Positions 9,651-22,661 of a DNA stretch of 30,356 bases are shown here, one piece after another. Each line of letters opens with the position of its first letter. The first letter of the stretch is position 1. This DNA is from Octopus sinensis (Eukaryota), in contig NW_021832456.1 in assembly GCF_006345805.1 (NCBI RefSeq), positions 1 to 30,356 on the forward strand, read 5' to 3'. The notes below the pieces were generated by a model. The model did not search any database. It saw only the letters and a program-made list of their open reading frames with translations, and was not told the origin of the DNA. A program made the translations under genes and the position numbers.

Positions 9651-9930
9651 TTTATCTCGCGCAGTAACGTTTTATCTCGCGCAGTAACGTTTTATCTCGC
9701 GCAGTAACGTTTTATCTCGCGCAGTAACGTTTTATCTCGTGCAGTAACGTTTTATCTCGCGCAGTAACGTTTTATCTCGCGCAGTAACGTTTTATCTCGC
9801 GCAGTAACGTTTTATCTCGCGCAGTAACGTTTTATCTCGCGCAGTAACGTTTTATCTCGTGCAGTAACGTTTTATCTCGCGCAGTAACGTTTTATCTCGT
9901 GCAGAAACGTTTTATCTCGCGCAGTAACGC
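9651..9930. repeat. Minisatellite, 14 x 20 bp TTTATCTCGCGCAGTAACGT
   Basis: Head-to-tail units with no spacers and only a few single-base variants (e.g. 9740, 9860, 9900, 9905). Confidence 0.98.
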
Positions 9931-10249
9931 TTTGAAAAAATACGATTTAATAATACAAGCAATAGATTTCAGAACACTCAATGAATTCCTACACCACTCA
10001 CAAAATTCTTCAAATATATTTTGTAAGAGCAGATGATATTAAAAGCAGTGTATGCAGCCGACACTTAATAAACGGCTAATGCAATACAAACACCTATAAG
10101 AACTCTAGTATGCACACGGATAGTAGAAATAATACAATCAAAGTAACCGGCTGCAACATTGAATTTAGACGATATGTTGAACGGCTTGATACGCACAAAC
10201 CGTTTGTGAACTACAAGCACAAAGAAAAGTTCTTCTAGATGATAGGTCT

Positions 10250-11520
10250 ATATTAATATACCCTGTGAAATGTAAATTAGATATTGTGAACTAGGTGAAT
10301 ACCAGATGCTATTATCTTACGAAAGTAAGCAGCCTATAATTTAACAAAATGGATACGTATCAGCAAGACATCTGAGTGATTCAAAAGTTATTGCTTGGTA
10401 AAGCTTCCTGTAGGATTATACAAATTGACAAAGTATAATTCCACCCGTCGCCGTCCAGTCACCATCAGAGAATGTAACATTCATATAATTATGAACGCCA
10501 GGAAGTCAGGGTTATTTTAACACCAATTCGTACTAAGTGATGAAAAGCTACAAGGGGTTCTTTGACCAGGCATACGTTGCTGGCATTGTAGGCCTTTATA
10601 TTTTAAGTAAGCTAAAAATGAAGGAGATGCGAGGACAGAATCGTATGAAGACAAACGTGCAATGAAAATCTCGTATTAGAAAGATGTACAATTTTTAGAA
10701 ACTCATTAGAATATCCAATACAATCACCTATAAGATCAGAACTCCAATCAATAAGATCTTAATATTGCAATAAACACAAACCTAAAAATAGGCAACTATC
10801 TAAGAATGTAAACACTATCAACCACTACTCATTCTATAAAACAAATGAGGAAAGCACCTAAATAAAGAAAGGCTAAACTTCCCTCTAAGTTATTAAACAT
10901 ATTATTAGCAGTGTTAGTAGACTTATCTCTAAGTTATTCAAAGAGAAGACTGTATTTAACAAAGCCACCTCATTTATTTCTGTCCTATTGAGTTGTGACT
11001 TAAATGAAAGAATAGTTTGTGGAGTCAATTTCCACTAAAACCAACAGATGTAAGTGTAGAAAAAATTCATATGGTTTAATTACCGTGCAATATGATCGTA
11101 ACTACTATGAGATATAGTTTCTTAACTCTAACTGACGTACATTCCTTTGAAACCCATTGCAATAATAATATCTTTATGGAGCATGATGAAAGTCAGCTAT
11201 TGTTATCAAGGAAATATGATTTTTAGTCACAATAAAGAGGTCAGAAGTAACACTTCCGAACTGGTTGGAGCATTTAAAACGTAAGCATCTTAAAGTCTCG
11301 ACAAATACAATACGCTTAGAAACAGAGACAAAAAAAAGCAACTCTAGCTTGCTTTCAAACATCGTCAGTTGCACGAAAGGGATCTGAAGGAACCGACTAT
11401 CAGGCAGAATAGAAATGTACAATTGGTGAAGTAAAACAAGTGTAATGAATGCACCAAGGAAAACTGAAGACGCTTTACCAACAAACAATGTGAATAAGAG
11501 CGAGGAAACATTTTCCCTCT
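10250..11520 (+). pseudogene. Heavily decayed Penelope-like element ORF (reverse transcriptase, linker, GIY-YIG C-terminus)
   Basis: Collinear motif remnants: IQIDKV*FHPS (10418-10450; cf. FDIxxFYPS), GFFDQAYVAGIVGLYILSKL (10555-10614; cf. GSxDGAEVCELVGLYIL), DLNIAINTNLKIGNYL (10755-10802), IWFN (11069-11080), MKVSYC..HN (11186-11233), KCNECTKE (11438-11461; cf. CxLCxxEK). Many stops and frameshifts. Confidence 0.85.
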
Positions 11521-11612
11521 TCCCATTTCAGAAAGCCAATCAAATATCAAGTCTTTAAGCATATCCCGGTCAAGATCAACGCCAAATGCAACCTGGGTAA
11601 ACATCTGCCTGA

Positions 11613-11910
11613 TCTTTCACCACAACTTTCTCTCACTCTTTCTTCCTACTTCTGCATAAAGCAGAGGAACCATGGTGTAACCCACTATGGTGTGGTAAAC
11701 TTTCAGACCCTAGTCTAGATTGCGAATCCTCTGCACCCCAGGATGGTTCAGCTCTCCACACGTTAAAAGCCACCGGTTACGGAATGAGGATAACAACGTA
11801 GCTTTCGCGCCCGTGCAACCGCCAGTCTATCGCGTCTGGTGAATGGATCTTCAAGTTGTCACACGCACTCTTAATAGCTTAGAGTAGGCTCGAATTAGAG
11901 ATTATTCTTT
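11613..11910 (+). repeat. Probable truncated interspersed repeat sharing a module with the SINE at 23651-23931
   Basis: 11613-11647 TCTTTCACCACAACTTTCTCTCACTCTTTCTTCCT matches 23768-23802; the downstream GC-richer part has no second copy in the window. Confidence 0.45.
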
Positions 11911-11936
11911 GTGGTTAATGGCGTGATACCTGAATG

Positions 11937-12016
11937 GAAGAAGAAGAGGAAGAAGAAGAAGAAAGAAGAAGAAAAAGAAGAAGAAGAAGAAGAACAACAA
12001 CAACAACAACAACAAC
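11937..12016. repeat. (GAA)n(CAA)n compound trinucleotide repeat
   Basis: Direct reading. Confidence 0.95.
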
Positions 12017-12899
12017 CGAGTTCAACACAAGACAAATGAAAGTACAAGAAAAACCTAGAAAAATCAACAAGAAAGAGAGGGACACCATTCCCTGTAATAT
12101 AAACAGTATATACATAAATTCCTCATCTCACAAATATGGAATTGTACAAGTAGATAAGGATTGAATGGAGAGGAATTATAAATTCTGAACATTTGATGGG
12201 GAAATTGTTGTTGATTAGTAGCACGACAGACATTCTTGGAGGAATGGCAAATGGTGGATGGGAAGTGAGTTGTAGATTTCGGTTGGCAGAGAATGGCATA
12301 TTATCAGTGAATTGTGAAAATATTATTCCTCTTAACCACAGGATAGTGCTCTTGTGAATTTGCTAGAAAAACATACTTTTCTTTTTCTTTTTATCTCACA
12401 CGCGATTTATATGTTTGCGGACACAGAAGCACACACACACACACATACTCTACAAACACATAGGCACACACATACAGTCACACACAGGCATATGCATACA
12501 CACACACACGTGTGTATGTGTGTGTAGGTATCTAAGTTCGTGTCTATTTTAATGCTTGTATGTATATGTACATATATATTAGTGTGAGTGTGTGCGCGTA
12601 TGTGTGCGTAATGTATATGTAACTATCTATCTCTTTGTCTGCCTGTCAGTCTCTTTCTGTAAATATATATGCATGTGTGTGTGCATGCATGTGTATTTAT
12701 GTATGTATGTATGTATGTATGTATGTATGTATGTATGTATGTATGTATGCATGCTTGTATGTATGTATATGTATGTATGTTTGCATGCATGCATGTATGT
12801 ATGTATGTATGTATGTATGTATGCATGTATTTATGTATGTATGTATGTATTTCTCTGTATCTGTCTCTGTCTGTCTCTGTCTCTCTCTCTCTCTGTCTC

Positions 12900-12952
<53 letters not shown>

Positions 12953-13282
12953 GAACACACGAAATTTTATCCTTATTTTTGTCTTCTAAGCTGTTAAATA
13001 ACGAATAGGCCGACCTCTATCAAAGAACAAAGGTCCCCCATTGAAATTTGATAAAGTCCTACAGAGAACATTAGGAAAGCTTTGAACAATTCACATCAAG
13101 TCTTTTTATTTGCGTTTTCATGGCAAGATCAATACCTAATCAATTACATCAATAATTATAGGTATGCATTAGAAAGCCATAATTAAGTTACTGAAGCTGA
13201 AGGTACAGATGCAACTACCGATATATACATACATACATATATACATATATATTCACACACACATATATATATACATATACAT

Positions 13283-13335
<53 letters not shown>

Positions 13336-13595
13336 GTATGTATATATATATTAGTTTGATGTGATTCTCACATTTCCTGTTCCTGCACTAAATTGCGCAG
13401 TAGTCCATTGCCATTGTCTACCCGTCACATGAATATATTCGTGATTTGTTCATTTGATAGCTCATGGATCTTTTGTGCGAAGGTTCCATTAATATTTTCA
13501 CATGTTGGTAAGTGTGATTGCCAGTGACGAGCTGTTGTTCTTTTGCCACAAGTTAAGCCTGCTTCAGAAGATCAATGTTCAAAAGGTATTCCAAT

Positions 13596-14071
13596 AAGGC
13601 GGCCAGCTGGTAGAAACGTTAGCACGCCGGGCGAAATGCTTAGCAGTATTTCGTCTGGCGCTACCTTCTGAGTTCAAATTCCGCCGAGGTCGACTTTGCC
13701 GTTCTTCCTTTCGGGGTCGATAAATTAAGTACCAGTTACGCACTAGGGTCGATATAATCGACTTAATCAGTTTGTCTGTCCTCGTTTGTCCCCTCTGTGT
13801 TTAGCCCCTTGTGGGTAGTAAAGAAATAGGTATTCCAATAAGGCGGCGAGCTGGTAGAAACGTTAGCATGCCGGGCGAAATGCTTAGCAGTATTTCGTCT
13901 GACGCTACCTTCTGAGTTCAAATTCCGCCGAGGTCGACTTTGCCTTTTATCCTTTCGGGGTCGATAAATTAAGTACCAGTTACGCACTGGTGTCGATACA
14001 ATCGACTTAATCAGTTTGTCTGTCCTTGTTTGTCCCCTCTGTGTTTAGCCCCTTGTGGGTAGTGAAGAAAT
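13596..14071 (+). mobile_element. Two tandem full-length copies of tRNA-derived SINE family B
   Basis: 244-bp period. Each copy has head GGCGG..AGCTGGTAGAAACGTTAG, B-box GAGTTCAAATTCC and tail GTGGGTAGT.AAGAAAT. AGGTATTCCAAT occurs at 13584, 13828 and 14072. Confidence 0.95.
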
Positions 14072-14248
14072 AGGTATTCCAATCATGACCATCCCGCTTA
14101 GTTTTTGTATGTCAAGAACTACAATAATATTCAGCAAAAGACAGCAAAAAAAGCAAAGCAAAAGTAGTAAAAATATAGAGATAATGTAATTACATTGCAA
14201 CGGAGGAAATATCAATGTAATTACGTTACAGTGGAGGAAAGTCAAAAT

Positions 14249-14283
14249 AATTGACGTTTCGGACTGTTGTCTATCATCAAAAT
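14249..14283 (-). ncRNA. Degenerate minimal hammerhead-like motif (Penelope-type)
   Basis: Minus strand UUGAUGA U AGAC AACA GUCC GAAA CG UC AAUU; C3 and the first stem II pair are mutated. Confidence 0.45.
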
Positions 14284-14769
14284 AGATGAAAAAAGAAGAG
14301 AAAGAATAAAACTGTAACGAAATATTGGAAGAAAATTTTGCACGTTCATTCTTAGTGTGGAGACTGATTCACAGTAGTGCTACGCACCTTCATCCTGCAT
14401 TTTATTTTCAAATAAAAAAAGAGAATATTTCAAATTTCTATTATGTCGATTTAGTCAACGAAGTTTAGCACTTAATAATTTTTAGTGCTTCTCACAACTT
14501 ATGTTCAATCTCCATACATTATAAATGTATTACATTTATTCGACATGCTATTGTTGTATGTACATATATATGTTTTCGTGTATCTGCATGTGAGGTGTCT
14601 ACAATTGTTGGTGCCTATCTCCTTAAGAGTACGATTGAGTGAATGTGTTTGAGTGTGTGTGTGAAAGAGAGAGAGTGTGTGTGTGGGGGTTCCACGTTTG
14701 ATATTGAAATATCTACTTTCAAAAATAGCTTATTCTACATGTACCATTGTGTTACGCACGCACACCTAC

Positions 14770-14787
14770 ATATCTATCAATCAATCA

Positions 14788-14829
<42 letters not shown>

Positions 14830-14848
14830 ATATCTATCTATATATGTA

Positions 14849-14884
<36 letters not shown>

Positions 14885-14969
14885 TGTATGTATGTATGTG
14901 TGTATGTATGTATATATATATAACTTAGAATAACTTAGAAAGGTTTTGGCCAGTATTGTCTAACTTAAT

Positions 14970-15021
<52 letters not shown>

Positions 15022-15133
15022 AACAACTTATATTAAGTTGTTTATAAATTTAACCTTTAAGGTATTTTTTAATATGCTGGCCATTGATAGAATATTTTTT
15101 CAAAAAAAATTTTATCCTGCATTAAATATAAAT

Positions 15134-15176
<43 letters not shown>

Positions 15177-15601
15177 ATATATATACATATGTGTGTGTGC
15201 GTGTGTGTGTGTGTGGTGTGTGTGTGTGTATATGCATACATAATAAAACATAGGCACATAAATATAAAAATATGTGAATATGCGTGAATACAAAGGTACC
15301 CACGTCAGCACCTGCATATGTACGTACATATGTATGGTGTGTGTATGAATGTGTGTTTATATAGATATAGTTTCACCACTTACTGATGTTCTCCACTTGA
15401 CATCAACACTGCTTTCGACGTCATTTACCCAACGTCCACCACAGGTAGAATACTGATATCAAAAGGTGTTACGGGCACACGCGCGCGCTAGCTCTATCTT
15501 TCGCATATACACTTACGTTTGTGAATTTATGTATTAACAAATCTATCTATTTATCTGTCTGTCTCTATGTATGTCTGCCTGTCTGTCTATCTATCTACAT
15601 G

Positions 15602-15639
<38 letters not shown>

Positions 15640-15801
15640 TATGTATATATAAGCATATGTATATCTATGTGTGTATAAATACGCTTAAATGTACATATAC
15701 ACGTGTGTAAGTATGCATACGTGTGTATGTATAGGTTTATATGTATATGCATATATATATGTGTGTGTGTGTATGTATGTCTGTACTCACATATATAGAC
15801 A

Positions 15802-15862
<61 letters not shown>

Positions 15863-15874
15863 ATCTATCCAGCG

Positions 15875-15924
<50 letters not shown>

Positions 15925-16064
15925 TATCTATATATATATATATGTTTATATATAAATATTTGTAAATGTATAAATAAGTATATATATATATATACGTATA
16001 TGTCAATGTAATATATATATATATATATATTCACATGCACACGCACATACATACATACACACAT

Positions 16065-16100
<36 letters not shown>

Positions 16101-16656
16101 ACACACACACACACATATATATATACATATACCATTGGTAGTATTATGCAGTTCTCTGGCAAACTTCCCAAATCGATTTCAATCAGCTTTTTCTTCTCGA
16201 AAATATTTCACTTATTCTGAGTAGTCTTACTTTATTTACAAAAAAAAAAAAAAACCGAAATCGAGGGGCAACAAAATTTTATACATATATACACAAACAC
16301 ACATTTACATACAAAGCACACAGATAGACACACGCATATATTTATATACACACAGATCATATCTAAATACATAGACATATACACAGACCCTCTTATATAA
16401 ATTTAGAAAACGATCAGAGAATATACATTAAGAGCGAAATAAAAAAACAAAAATCTGTCTGTCCATAAAGAGATTTAAAGTCAAAAGTTATAAGCGTGAT
16501 GGCATACGTGATATTACATAAATGTGTGTGTGTGTGTGTGTGTTGTGTGTGTATGTGTGTATTACGTTCGTGAATATTTGCCTATGTATATATATATTTA
16601 TATAAGTATGTGTATATATATATATACGTATGTAAGTAGGTGTGTATATGCAAATA

Positions 16657-16734
<78 letters not shown>

Positions 16735-17065
16735 CATACGTACATACATTCATACACACACACACACACTCACATGTATATATGCATGTTTTTACATGCG
16801 TTATATTTGTATATCTGCAGTGTGTACATATGTATATCCTATGAGTAAGCATTAGGCGTTTGGGCGCATGGCTTAAATTTTACAAGTAAACACACACATG
16901 CACACATACAAACATGAGTATATATACATGCATACATATATTCATGTATATATGAGTGTGTGTGTGCATATATGATTGTATATATATGTATGTGTGTGTA
17001 TATATATGTATAAATATATATACTTATACATATATATATGTATGCATGCATATATGCATATATGT

Positions 17066-17103
<38 letters not shown>

Positions 17104-17172
17104 TATATATATATTATATATATATGTTATACATACATATATATGTATATATATAAATATATATATATAAAT

Positions 17173-17215
<43 letters not shown>

Positions 17216-17420
17216 ATATGTATATATATAGAATTATAGATAGAAATGTGACAATGGTAACTCTACACATGCGTAGTCGTATATTAAATATGCTTATGTG
17301 TGCCTCTATATTTCTCTGCCTATATATGTACGAATGTATGTATGTATGTATGTATGTTATGTATGTATTTATGTATGTATGTATGTATGTACGTATGTAT
17401 GTTTGTATGTGCGTATGTGA
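14770..17420. repeat. Microsatellite-dominated field ((TATC)n, (TA)n, (CA)n, (TG)n, (TATG)n) with short unique islands
   Basis: Direct reading. Confidence 0.92.
15384..15452 (-). other. Candidate 69-nt exon (YSTCGGRWVNDVESSVDVKWRTS), unconfirmed
   Basis: Minus strand ..CCTTTTGATATCAG|TAT...TCA|GTAAGT. Length is a multiple of 3 and only one frame is open, but the pyrimidine tract is weak and I recognise no homology. Confidence 0.2.
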
Positions 17421-17604
17421 CTCTGTGCATGTATATCTAACACTGGCTGGTCTCTCAGCTGGAGTTTTGGAGTTAAAAGACCACTGAAAGAAATCGAGAG
17501 ATGAAAGCCGAAAGATATAAAGCTAAGAACGGACTAAACCACTTTCAGTGCAATCATTGCTTTTTGTGCTTCGTTTCATCATTTCTTTCATCTTTTCTAT
17601 ATTG

Positions 17605-18275
17605 CTTGAGGCAATGGCGGTAAATGATTTAAGACTATTCATTAACAATTAAAGATTAAAGGTAAACCATCAATCACTATCACGGTACTGCGGTAGATTG
17701 TCAGGGAACGTGTGTTGGCATTAGAGACACTAAAGGTAAATGATTTACGATTCGCGATTGACTAAAGACTAAGCATAAATCTCCATCACAGTATCTTGAA
17801 ATGTCATCACGAAACAAGGTTAGTATTAGAGGCACTGAGGGTAAATGATTTATGAGTATTCATTAACAATTAAAGATTAAAGGCAAACCATCAATCACTA
17901 TCACGGTACAGTGATAGATTGCCAGGGAACGTGTGTTGGCATTAGAGACACTAAAGGCAAATGATTTACAATTCGCGATTGACTAAAGACTAAGCATAAA
18001 TCTCCATCACAGTATCCTGAAATGTCATCACGAAACAAGGTTAGTATTAGAGGCACTGAGGGTAAATGATTTATGAGTATTCGCGAATAACTAAAGACTA
18101 ACCATTAATCGCCATCACGGAATCCTGGCAGATTGTCACGAAACAAGGGTTAGCATTAGAAGCACTGATGATGAATGATTTATGACTATTCGCTAAATAC
18201 TAAAGACTAATCATTAATCTTCAGACTAATCATTATCAATCCCTGAAAGATTGTCGCGAAACAAGGCTGAGCGTA
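17605..18275. repeat. Tandem array of ~6 monomers (105-116 bp) with a 221-bp higher-order dimer
   Basis: Anchor GGTAAATGATTT (or a close variant) at 17619, 17735, 17840, 17956, 18061 and 18170; spacings 116, 105, 116, 105, 109. Confidence 0.92.
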
Positions 18276-18519
18276 ATTCACATAAAACAAATATTCTTAC
18301 TACAAGAAGAACTGTCAGTATAAACCTTCTTGCAAGTCGCATTGCAAATGATTTCAGCAACATCATGTCTTGTGGGAAAAGGATACCTGGGGAATATTTA
18401 CCAACAGCTGCAGATGCTTAAGCGCAATCTACCTTCCCCGTCTCAACTTGGGTGTTTAAAGGCATTCTTATCACTCTTATTGATCAGATATTGTATAGCT
18501 ATCGTCTGTTCTTTTATAT

Positions 18520-19250
18520 TAACATTCTATGTGAAATGTGATGTATCTATAACAAGACCAAGAGACATGGCTCTCTTTGTTAATGATGTTCGCATTCTCT
18601 AGCTTGCGGAATCAGTACCCATGTTTAAGAAAGGTAATCTAGCTACGCTTGAAACACACGGAGCAGCTGTACACTCAGAATATATATTTGTTCTTCTTAG
18701 TCTCACCCACATCACTCGTGGGCGTCGACTCCAACTTGAGAACAAATTTGTTTCATTGGAGTTTTCGTGGCTAAAATCTTGAACCAACAGCACGGTTTGT
18801 CAGACCACGCACAGGATGTTTTCACAAGACATCACCCGTGTGGCAGACCGTTGGCTCAAAATGAACTCATCTGTCTTTTGGTAAGTCGTACTTTAGTCCA
18901 ACAGAATGTCCAAAACACCTACCTTACCTGGTAAGCCATGTGAGGAAGCACATTTAGTAGCCGACCATCCAACTATGAAACAGATAGTCTTGGGTTTTAT
19001 GGCACCAGTAACAGGATTTCATTGACCTAACCTGATAGAGTACCTTTTTAATTTTCACTTTTTTATTACTTTATTTCAGTGTTACTCAAAGTTGTTTGGG
19101 CAGGCCTTATTTCTCTAACTTCACCTTTACCGTTAACATTCCTCCAATCAGTGTCACAGTAGCTATCTGAACTGACATGGGACCTACCACTTGTGGTCAA
19201 TATCTTAGTCTTGATCTCAAAGTTATGGATCTCTTCAAATGTGCACACAT
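18520..19250 (-). pseudogene. Possible highly decayed Ty3/Gypsy gag-protease remnant
   Basis: Minus strand CYWCHK (19013-18996; zinc-knuckle-like start) followed by TDSAS..AMSLGL (18616-18554; cf. DSGA..AxxLGL). The order is right but the motifs are incomplete. Confidence 0.3.
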
Positions 19251-19771
19251 TCACACAGTCACAAATTCCTGTCTTGAGTTAAGCAGTAGTCCTGTTATTT
19301 CGTTAGTGACTGAATAGGGTTAGTCGTTTTACGAAGATCTTCAATGGGCTTCATACATCATATATACACATAAATACTTACATACTTAGTGACTTTGGGA
19401 ATATTGATACTAGCACTGTCTCTACAAAAGCATTATGGAACATGATCTTATTGGATATCGACAGCGCTTTTTGATTTATACTTTTGGAGTCTACTAAAAT
19501 ATTTATTAGCTCCTGTAACTTAACTCTCACCCCAGTGTTTGTAATATTTTAGTCAAGTCTGAGATACTTCAATAATTCTTTATTAAAGATAGCGAGTGAT
19601 AGGCATCTCGTTGACACCCATATTTCGCGTATAGTCAACAATCTTTTCCCGATCAACTCAAACCCAATTCCTGTCTCCTAGGAGAATGTTGCAACAAATA
19701 CTATCTGACTCTTGGTGCCGTGAATGTTGCAAGAGTACAGCAACATTCGTTTCTGTCGGGTAAGGGGTTCA

Positions 19772-20352
19772 CCCCTTACCCGGCAGAAACGAATATATGC
19801 GTTTTGACCGAAATCGTTTTTTTCTATCTCTGGCGAGTTAACTCGTCAAAAGATAGACTTGCCAAAATCGACAGCAAACGAGTTCCTTTGTTTATTATTA
19901 ACTCTTTTTTGACATATACGAGTATATTCGCTCACTTTATACGTCTGGCAGTGACGATTTCTGCCACCTTTCGCTTGAGTAAGACATTGAAGACCGAGTA
20001 TGATTTAGTCACCTGGAGACAGTCGAAGGGTTGGAAGGCACATTTTATGAATAGAAGTATTCACTTTGTTTTTACGGTTGTTTTTTTTTTATACCTTTAT
20101 ATTATAACCCCACCATGTCGATAACCAAATAAATAACATGATTTTTTGTAAAAGTAATATGATTTATGAAAAAAACGGTTAACTCGTTTCTGCCCAAAGC
20201 GGTAATTTAAAATCAATATTATTGAATTAAAATTCATAATAAATAAGGTTTGAAATATACCTCGAAATCACCATTCAAACATAGTAAAATAAAACAATTA
20301 AAAAATGTCTGAAAAAATACATTTATTTTCAAAATAATTATTGGGTAAGGGG
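19772..20352. mobile_element. piggyBac-type non-autonomous DNA transposon (MITE)
   Basis: TIR CCCCTTACCC / GGGTAAGGGG; right flank TTAA (20353-20356), left flank TTCA (19768-19771); internal inverted subterminal repeat GGCAGAAACGA (19782) / TCGTTTCTGCC (20184). Confidence 0.8.
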
Positions 20353-20833
20353 TTAAAGGAATGAACAGAAAATCAAGTATGAGCAGCATTAATTTTCTTT
20401 CCTCGGCAAACTTTAGTATGTAGCATTTACATGTCGACTACAATACTGACAAGGGGCTCACTGCTATAAGGAAAAGCATTGTAGACAAGCTGTCAGCAAG
20501 GAATATTCTCGTCAGTAACCAAGTTGTGTTTGTGATTACAGTCGTAGCTTTAGTTCTACAAAATCAAAATTCACAGTCTGCAGAAAGCCTTGTTGGTAAT
20601 GCATGCTATTAGATCTGATTAGTTTATCAGCTCTGAGAAGCAATTGTGTATTAGCTCTTAATTACATGTTGAATAGCAATTTCCTGTGGTTGTGTAACAT
20701 TGGCTAATTGTAACGCTTTGATAATTCGACCGTATAGTGTACTGTCACAAGGTTTCTGATAGGTTAGCCACGCTACACTGAAGTTTTTGCTTTTCTTTAC
20801 TGTTTTTATTGCATCATATTGTTGATTAGTATC

Positions 20834-21360
20834 AAATAATAATAATAATAAATGCGCCCTTTTAAAACCTAGCTAGGCTCATGGGCCCGGTTTCCCGGTT
20901 TCAATGGCGTATGTGTTCCCCAGCTGGACGGAACGTCAGTTCATCGCAGCATTACTAATTTTTGCCAGCTGAGTGGACTGGATCAACGTGAAATGAAGTG
21001 TTTTGCTCAAGAACACAACGCGTCGCCCGGTCCAGGAATCGAAACCAGAATCTTACGATCATGATTCTGACACCCTAACCACTAAGCCACGCGACTCCAC
21101 AATAAATGCGCCCTTTTTTAAAGCCTAGCCAGGCTCATGGGCCCGGTTTCCCGGTTTCAATGGCGTATGTGTTCCCCAGCTGGACCGGACGCAAGTCCAT
21201 CGAGCGCCGTTACCTCATTTTTGCCAGCTGAGTGGACTGGAGCAACGTGAAATGAAGTGTTTGACTCAAGAACACAACGCGTCGCCCGGTCCAGAAATCG
21301 AAACCATAATCTTACGATCATGACGCCGACACCCTAACCACTAAGCCACGCGCCTCCACC
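20834..21360 (-). mobile_element. Head-to-tail dimer of a tRNA-derived SINE (family C-type head) within one TSD pair
   Basis: Monomers 20834-21100 and 21101-21360; A-box TGGCTTAGTGG, B-box-like GGTTTCGATT.C, (TTA)n tail; TSD GATTAGTATC at 20824-20833 and 21361-21370. Confidence 0.93.
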
Positions 21361-22046
21361 GATTAGTATCTGCGCAATATAAATTCATACTTCTCATTTT
21401 CCACGAGCTTATTCAGATCTTATTGTTCGTGGCACAATGATCCAGTTCGTACAGATTGTGGCAGGGTATTGTAAACCAGATTCTGGCAGAGCATTGTAAT
21501 ATCACACAATATCACACAACTTAACAGCAATTTTACAACAATACTACACAAAACTGTGATCTGAGAGGTGCTGCGGAATTGATGGAATTTTGTCAGAACA
21601 TGGCAGCATTACAAGAAACAGTTGATGCGTGATTGATTGTCTTGTTACTGATATTATGAAGCATCGCAGGTTAATATTTCAAGGAGAGTGTCCTTGTAGT
21701 AAAACCGCTAATGGCTTAAAGAAAGATAGATGCAACATAAATGATATATAGCTATTTTGTATGCGAACTGAAAATATAAGGAAGAGAAAAAAAAGAGTCA
21801 TTTTGTGAAGAACGTTGATCTTGCTGAGACATTCTGAAAGGATATAAGATGATGTTTGGTTAAAATAAATGTTCTTACCCGTGAATCGCATTTTTTTTAC
21901 TAATATACAACCTGTCGGTTTCTAACCCAGAAATAGAGCTCTTCCATCGGAATTTAGATAAAGTTACCTAGGTAGTCATGAAAGTATGTATGTATGTATG
22001 TATGTATGTATGTATGTATGTATGTATGTATGTATGTATGTATGTA

Positions 22047-22600
<554 letters not shown>

Positions 22601-22661
22601 TGTATGTATGTATTACCTACGTATGTATGTATGTATGTATGTATGTATGTATGTACAATAT

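Noticed and set aside
9651-9930. Regular short repeat suggesting a CRISPR array
   Set aside because: Units are contiguous with no unique spacers, there are no cas genes, and the context is eukaryotic; it is a minisatellite.
11340-11375. CUGACGA..GAAA hammerhead-like match on the minus strand
   Set aside because: No stem II, stem I is not adjacent to the core, and it lies inside the decayed Penelope ORF; probably chance.
15018-15046. 13-bp-arm hairpin TATAAACAACTTA/TAAGTTGTTTATA
   Set aside because: AT-rich and abutting (TA)n; most simply a local fold-back repair product with no other support.
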